IMG/VR virus record: IMGVR_UViG_3300021960_009613 | Coordinates: 1-29,591 of that record | DNA: 29,591 nucleotides | DNA from: a virus | Taxonomy: Duplodnaviria; Caudoviricetes | Direction: 5' to 3' (one strand) | In this document: positions 24,746 to 29,591 of the stretch, piece by piece | Position numbering within the stretch: position 1 is the stretch's first letter | Layout of the letters: each line of letters opens with the position of its first letter | The notes under the pieces: model-generated | Told to the model about the DNA's origin: nothing | What the model saw: the letters and a program-made list of their open reading frames with translations, nothing else | Database searches by the model: none | Program-made: the position numbers and the translations under genes

Positions 24746-26749
24746 TTACTTAGTCACAGTCTTTGAAAGGAATTTCGCATACTGCGATACAGTACTGTCA
24801 TCTTCTTCGATAACTGTACCACCGAATACTTCCTCACTCAATGAGCTGAGAAGTGGTTGCTCAGACGACTCATCAAAATAGCCTTCTTTAAGCTGCTCGA
24901 CTTTATATCTGAACTCTTCGATGTCATCAGCTTCAACATTCTCAGACAATTTTTCTAAGCGGATCTTTTGTGTCTGAGGAAGGTCTTCACCAATGGCTTC
25001 GACAATTTCTTTTCTTTTAATTTCTAAAAGCTCTTTTTTAGCAGCTTCTAGTTCAGAACTCTGCTCTTCAATCTGTTCTTTATATGATTCAACTGCTTCT
25101 GTTAATTCATCAACAACAGATACTTCTTCTTCTGGAATATCAATGAAATTAGTTTCAAAAACAGTTTTCATCTCACGAATAAAGTTTTCAGCAATTTCTG
25201 TACGAAGAGAATATTTAATCTCAAGTTGATTTTCTTCAAGCCATTCATTTACGACATAATCTACATACTGATTAACTCTTTCATTAACTTCATCAACTTT
25301 TTCTTCTAACATTTGAGAATATTCTGCTTCAATTTCTTCTCTAATGATATTTGCTTTTTCATTAACTGCTGTTTCAAAAATTACTGCAGCTTTTTCTTTA
25401 AAATCTACTTCAAGATCTTCCATAAGTTCGTCTGTCTCTTCTTTAACAGTCTTCTTAGGATTAGCTTTTGTAGGAGTTTCATTTGGATCATTTGATTGAT
25501 TGTGAGGACCTTCACCAGGATTACCTCCCTTATCTACAGGAGCGTTATCACCTTTTTCTTCACCAGGTCTCATCGGTTCGTTATGAGATTTAGTAGAAGC
25601 TTTCTCAAGTTTTTCACCTGTTGCTTCTTCTACTTCTTCATCTTCTTCGACAGACTCTTTCTTAGCCATAGCAGCTTTAATAGCCTTGTCCTTGTTATCC
25701 ATATACTCTTTACCATCAGGCTCATCGATACCATCTTTATCCATGTCACCTTTATCTTTAGCTTCGGTAACTTCTTTATAATGCTCTTCGATTTCTGACT
25801 GCTCTTCTTCAGATAAGTTTGTATAAAAATCATGGAATTCTTCTTCGGTAAGACCTTCGATCTTATCCCAATCCCACTCTGTTTCTTCACTTACAGACTC
25901 ATCAGCTTCTTTTTTATCATCATCGTCATCATCGTCATCCTCTTTGTCATCATGATCCTTATCATGACCTTCCTCAACTGACTCATCTGTTTCTTCTTTA
26001 TCATCATCATCGTCGTCTTCATCGTCATTTTTTGCTTCATTTAATGATTCATAATGTGCATTAAATTCAACAAGATCTTCTTCTGATAACGAGTCAACTA
26101 GCTCTTGAAACTCTTCTTCCGACAAAGAATCAATTTTTTCCCAATCCCATTCTAAATTTTCTTCTTTCATATTCTTCATTGATTCTTTTTCTTCATCAGG
26201 AAGTTGCTCATCGTTTGCATTCTTTTCAACTTTAGTATCTTGTCCTGCTTCTTCGATAGCTTCATCAGTTTCTTCTACTGATTCATCTTTAGATTGATCA
26301 TGTGGACCTTTATCTGCTTCAACTTCAGCTGATGCATCTGATGGATTACCTTTTTCTTTGCTACCCATCTTACCAACATCTTTATCACCACCAGCATCCA
26401 TTGCAGCACCTTTATTAGAACCGATTACTTCTGATGAGTTGTCAGCAGCATCTGATGGAAGTTTACCTTTATCCATCTTACCAACATCTTTATCACCACC
26501 AGCATCCATTGCAGCACCTTTTTCAGATCCAATTACTTTAGATGAATCATCACCTTGGTTATCTGACTTAGGCTTAGCAGTATCTGTTAGTTTATTTGCA
26601 GCAATAGATTTATCAGTTTTATCCTGAGCTTCATCTACTTGCTCTTCTTCAGCCATTTTGTTTTGAGGGTTCTTAACCTTTTTAGGCGCAGTCATATCTG
26701 CCTCGAGAAGCTCCTCAATCACTGAGATTAAATCATTATTTTTTTCCAT
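24746..26749 (-). CDS. gp22: Prohead core scaffold protein with a ~430-aa acidic N-terminal extension
   Basis: C-terminal FKEKAAVIFETAV, YVDYVVNEWLEEN, RTEIAENFI..MK.VF, KEGYF; located between gp21 and gp23. Confidence 0.9.
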   Translation of the reverse strand: MEKNNDLISVIEELLEADMTAPKKVKNPQNKMAEEEQVDEAQDKTDKSIAANKLTDTAKPKSDNQGDDSSKVIGSEKGAAMDAGGDKDVGKMDKGKLPSDAADNSSEVIGSNKGAAMDAGGDKDVGKMGSKEKGNPSDASAEVEADKGPHDQSKDESVEETDEAIEEAGQDTKVEKNANDEQLPDEEKESMKNMKEENLEWDWEKIDSLSEEEFQELVDSLSEEDLVEFNAHYESLNEAKNDDEDDDDDDKEETDESVEEGHDKDHDDKEDDDDDDDDKKEADESVSEETEWDWDKIEGLTEEEFHDFYTNLSEEEQSEIEEHYKEVTEAKDKGDMDKDGIDEPDGKEYMDNKDKAIKAAMAKKESVEEDEEVEEATGEKLEKASTKSHNEPMRPGEEKGDNAPVDKGGNPGEGPHNQSNDPNETPTKANPKKTVKEETDELMEDLEVDFKEKAAVIFETAVNEKANIIREEIEAEYSQMLEEKVDEVNERVNQYVDYVVNEWLEENQLEIKYSLRTEIAENFIREMKTVFETNFIDIPEEEVSVVDELTEAVESYKEQIEEQSSELEAAKKELLEIKRKEIVEAIGEDLPQTQKIRLEKLSENVEADDIEEFRYKVEQLKEGYFDESSEQPLLSSLSEEVFGGTVIEEDDSTVSQYAKFLSKTVTK
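26365..26521. repeat. Exact 49-bp direct repeat (26365-26413 and 26473-26521; 108-bp period) inside gp22
   Basis: CCATCTTACCAACATCTTTATCACCACCAGCATCCATTGCAGCACCTTT occurs twice and encodes KGAAMDAGGDKDVGKM. Confidence 0.9.
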
Positions 26750-26770
26750 TGTATTAAAACTCCGTTAATC

Positions 26771-26778
26771 TATTTATA
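26771..26778 (-). promoter_or_regulatory. Late promoter TATAAATA for gp22-gp23
   Basis: Exact consensus immediately after the gp21 stop, upstream of a GGAG RBS. Confidence 0.8.
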
Positions 26779-27441
26779 TTAAAGTGTTTTTAAGAAGCTT
26801 TCAAACACTTCTAATTTAACTTTGTTGAGCTCTTTCATATTAGCTCTTTTTAATCTTTCTCTCTGGAAGTCAAGATCAACTTGTCTCCACATTCCAGACT
26901 CATAAATCCATTCTGCTTGCTCGTAAACACCTTCTACAAAAGAAGATTGAGCTGATGGGTCAAAAACAACATCAGCAGCTGTAGTCAGGGTAAAATCTTC
27001 ACCCACAATATTGATACCATTAGTAGGCATAAGTGAACCTAAACCTCTAGACGATACACCAATTTTTACACCATCGTCTAAAAGATTTTCAACAATCTTT
27101 CCCATTGGTGTTGAAAGAACTTTTGCTTTACCTTCATAATAGATAGCATCTTTAGCTCTAGTCTCTTTTAGACTTTGTGTCATAATAGCAGCGCGTTCGG
27201 GATTAACAACAGGCTCAGCAGGGTGATTAAGTTCACCTAGCGCTCTCTTTTGATCAATATAATCTTTTTTATAGTTTTCAACTGCGTTAGCCATAACTGC
27301 GGCAGGATAAACCCTTTTGTTTTTATTTTCTTTTTCTGCTTGCAAAAAAGGACCTTGTATATACATTCTTTTGTCAGCACCTTTACCTTCTGACAAAACT
27401 TGCATATCATTAAAGCTAATATCTTCTTTAATAAGTTTCAT
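26779..27441 (-). CDS. gp21: Prohead protease
   Basis: MKLIKE, YIQGPFLQAE..N.N.RVYP, ALGELNHP, TPMGKIV..L, GVSSRGLGSL, D.V.DPSA..SFV.GV.E..EW. Confidence 0.96.
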   Translation of the reverse strand: MKLIKEDISFNDMQVLSEGKGADKRMYIQGPFLQAEKENKNKRVYPAAVMANAVENYKKDYIDQKRALGELNHPAEPVVNPERAAIMTQSLKETRAKDAIYYEGKAKVLSTPMGKIVENLLDDGVKIGVSSRGLGSLMPTNGINIVGEDFTLTTAADVVFDPSAQSSFVEGVYEQAEWIYESGMWRQVDLDFQRERLKRANMKELNKVKLEVFESFLKTL

Positions 27442-27443
27442 GT

Positions 27444-27764
27444 TTAGCTCCTAAATTCAATAAACACATTACCTGTACCTACTGTATCAAAAGTAACAAC
27501 ACATGTGTTAGTTGCGGCAAGTGGTATACCACCAATCTGTGATAACTCCCATCTACCTGTCTCATAAAGTTTACCATCAATAGTTACAGCAGACGCTCCA
27601 CAATTCATAACTGTTTCAATCATGTTAACATTAGTAACTTTACCACCAAAAGTAAAATCAGATACGCTAAGCGAGTGGTTAGCGCCAGAAATGTTAAGTA
27701 CTACCCTGTTACCAGGAGTTGATCCTCCACCACCGGTATATTTTGCTGTTGTTACAATTGCCAT
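27444..27764 (-). CDS. Hypothetical G/T-rich beta protein in the head module
   Basis: AAGGA RBS; lies between the gp68-like gene and gp21. Confidence 0.7.
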   Translation of the reverse strand: MAIVTTAKYTGGGGSTPGNRVVLNISGANHSLSVSDFTFGGKVTNVNMIETVMNCGASAVTIDGKLYETGRWELSQIGGIPLAATNTCVVTFDTVGTGNVFIEFRS

Positions 27765-27775
27765 CTTAATTATCC

Positions 27776-28594
27776 TTAATTCGTTGTATTAGCAAGTGAT
27801 CTAGATCTACCTTTAACTCTACGTTTAGTAATCTTAGATTTTAATGCTGCTTTCTTTTTAGCACCGCCGCCCATAGCTCTCTTAGCTCTCTTAAGCTTTA
27901 TACCTACGCGCCGCATTTTAGCTTTTTGTGTTCCAGTTTGAGGAAGGCACCTGTTACCTGCTAATCTCATTCCAGGTCCACAAATCTTTTTCTTTTTTAC
28001 TTCACCTTTAGCACGCTTAAAGATAACTTTAGCTCTAGAAGGCTTACCTTTAGCTTTTTTACCACCAGCAGGGTTTTTCTCTTCACCCAATTCTTTTTCA
28101 CTGTTATTAATCTCATAGCATGAACAATGCTCACAATCTGGACCACATTTACATTCTAAGATTGGTTTACCACAGCAAGCATCTGGACACATATCTTCTT
28201 CATCTAATTCTTCTTCAGTAACAAATTCATATTCTTCTGCAAACAATAACTCTCTTAGAGCATTCATTCCGTTAATAGAAGGATCAATCTCATTAAGATC
28301 AAACTCAAAAACTAGATCCATTACAGACCCGTCTTCATCAGGGACAAAATCTAATACTTCTTGAATTTCTGAATGACCTTCTATTAACGGACGATCTATT
28401 TCAAGTTCTCCATCAAAAGAAACGGTCTCTTCAAACTGTTCAATTTCAATTTCTTGTTTAATTTCATCAAGCTGCTCTTCAGAGAAAAGAAAATGAGTAT
28501 CGTGTGAGACACCATTCATCATTTGCTTTTTAAGCTCTTCTCTAAACGTTTGAGTTTGGTATTGTTTCCATTCAAGAAGGTTCATTTTCATCAC
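27776..28594 (-). CDS. gp68-like prohead core protein with an acidic N-terminus and a Cys cluster
   Basis: Very basic C-terminus (KMRRVGIKLKRAKR...KKKAALKSKITKRR) resembling T4 gp68; synteny. Start uncertain (28594, 28591 or 28585). Confidence 0.6.
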   Translation of the reverse strand: MMKMNLLEWKQYQTQTFREELKKQMMNGVSHDTHFLFSEEQLDEIKQEIEIEQFEETVSFDGELEIDRPLIEGHSEIQEVLDFVPDEDGSVMDLVFEFDLNEIDPSINGMNALRELLFAEEYEFVTEEELDEEDMCPDACCGKPILECKCGPDCEHCSCYEINNSEKELGEEKNPAGGKKAKGKPSRAKVIFKRAKGEVKKKKICGPGMRLAGNRCLPQTGTQKAKMRRVGIKLKRAKRAMGGGAKKKAALKSKITKRRVKGRSRSLANTTN

Positions 28595-28730
28595 TCTTTA
28601 AATAATCTTTGGCCATTTCTTGTTTAATAACGTTAAGTTTCTCAAACGCTAATTGAGTCATATGATCCTTTACAGATTTTGTAAAGTCATCAGTACTATC
28701 AGCTTGTAAAAAATTTCTTAATTCTATCAT
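28572..28730 (-). CDS. 52-aa helical protein, gp67-like prohead core candidate
   Basis: Below the ORF-track cutoff: MIELRNFLQADSTDDFTKSVKDHMTQLAFEKLNVIKQEMAKDYLKSDENEPS*; preceded by AATAAATA and AAGGA. Confidence 0.65.
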   Translation of the reverse strand: MIELRNFLQADSTDDFTKSVKDHMTQLAFEKLNVIKQEMAKDYLKSDENEPS

Positions 28731-28734
28731 AATT

Positions 28735-28742
28735 TATTTATT
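28735..28742 (-). promoter_or_regulatory. Late promoter variant AATAAATA
   Basis: 4 nt upstream of ATG 28730, at the start of the prohead module. Confidence 0.55.
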
Positions 28743-28747
28743 CCTTT

Positions 28748-29591
28748 TTAACCCCAGAGTATAGAATCCATTTCAAGTGTTGAATTTTTCAACTCTTCTT
28801 CTAACTCTTGAATTTCAGTAGTCGCTTCTTGCCATAAGCCCTGACCATCAAGTTGTACACCACCAGGAAGTTCTGTATTTTGATATTTCTTTAAATTTGA
28901 ACCCCACTGCTGCTTTGCTAACGCTGTTGCGTATCTCTTTAACCAAGTATTTTTATAAACCTCTCCAGTAATTTCAGGGTCTGCGACCTCATATACTTCA
29001 CATAAAAGGAATAAATCACCTCTTCCTTTATTGTTATCTATTCTTTTCCAATCAACATCTAAATATAATCTACTCTTATACATATTAAATCTAATAGCTG
29101 GAGCTGTGTTAAGCATAAAATCTATATGTTCTACATTTAATTTTTGAGTGTAATAGTTTGATAAACCTGTACCGTGTGCACCACTATAAAACATATCAAA
29201 ATTGTTTAGGAAGTATTGATATTCAAAATTGTACATGCCAGCTTGAGTAAAAGAATCAACTTTCATTACCTTAGTAACTGATATAATATAATCCGGAACT
29301 TTGATACCTATCTGACCGTTTTCTGTAACAGTTATATTTTGATCTTCTAATAATACTTGTTCTTCTTTAAAGTACTTGTTAAAACCGTCTTGTTGACTTA
29401 CTAAAGTTTGTGTATAAGATAATGTGTTTAATACACCTAAATCATAATCTAGATCTGAGTCAATTAATCTATAACCATTACCATCTGAATCTAAAACATG
29501 AGTACCATTAATTTCTGCTACACTGTAAGAATATACTGCTTGCTCTGAATCATGTTTAATATAAATTCGGTTACCTTGAATATTATCTTTC
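28748..29591 (-). CDS. gp13: Neck protein, 5'-truncated by the window edge
   Basis: WLKRYATALAKQQWGSNLKKY....LPGGVQLDG..LWQEA..EI..LEEEL. The frame stays open upstream of 29266 to the window end (GIKVPDYIISVTKV...). Confidence 0.92.
   Translation of the reverse strand, partial: KDNIQGNRIYIKHDSEQAVYSYSVAEINGTHVLDSDGNGYRLIDSDLDYDLGVLNTLSYTQTLVSQQDGFNKYFKEEQVLLEDQNITVTENGQIGIKVPDYIISVTKVMKVDSFTQAGMYNFEYQYFLNNFDMFYSGAHGTGLSNYYTQKLNVEHIDFMLNTAPAIRFNMYKSRLYLDVDWKRIDNNKGRGDLFLLCEVYEVADPEITGEVYKNTWLKRYATALAKQQWGSNLKKYQNTELPGGVQLDGQGLWQEATTEIQELEEELKNSTLEMDSILWG

Noticed and set aside
25910-26030. (TCA/TCG)n microsatellite-like tracts
   Set aside because: They encode poly-Asp in gp22 with mixed synonymous codons; no sign of phase variation.
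26365-26521. 49-bp direct repeat as a possible CRISPR array or att site
   Set aside because: Only two copies, in frame inside gp22 (108-bp period), with similarity continuing into the flanks. It is a coding duplication.
929-26627. Numerous short alternate-frame and antisense ORFs in the track (e.g. 929-1135, 1552-1827, 4816-5151, 10343-10609, 21436-21708, 23114-23443, 24993-25229, 26358-26627)
   Set aside because: They lie within well-supported genes and have no recognisable motifs; consistent with shadow ORFs.

Overview
AT-rich fragment of a T4-like (myovirus) phage genome, probably marine and infecting a Gram-negative host (inference from kdsA, iscA and phoH). Nearly all genes are on the minus strand. 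Reading in transcription order from the right end: neck gp13 (partial), gp67/gp68-like core proteins, protease gp21, a greatly expanded scaffold gp22, major capsid gp23 and tail completion gp3. An accessory block follows, with small basic proteins, three of which share a leader MSI(L/F)(S/T)G(N/D)N(I/L)FY...xxE, plus iscA and an inverted phoH. Next come uvsY-uvsW-gp55-gp47-gp46 and a modular late protein. The left part is a ~12 kb, 16-gene, translationally coupled glycan operon: four KpsC/KpsS-like proteins, gmd, four GT-A-type transferases, a GT9-like transferase, kdsA, a cytidylyltransferase-cupin fusion, two FkbM methyltransferases, a cupin, and a kinase/nucleotidyltransferase pair. The best candidates for new biology are (1) the shared N-terminal leader, a putative capsid-targeting signal, and (2) the phage-encoded Kdo-centred glycosylation system. 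All family calls come from motif recognition by eye; no database search was run.
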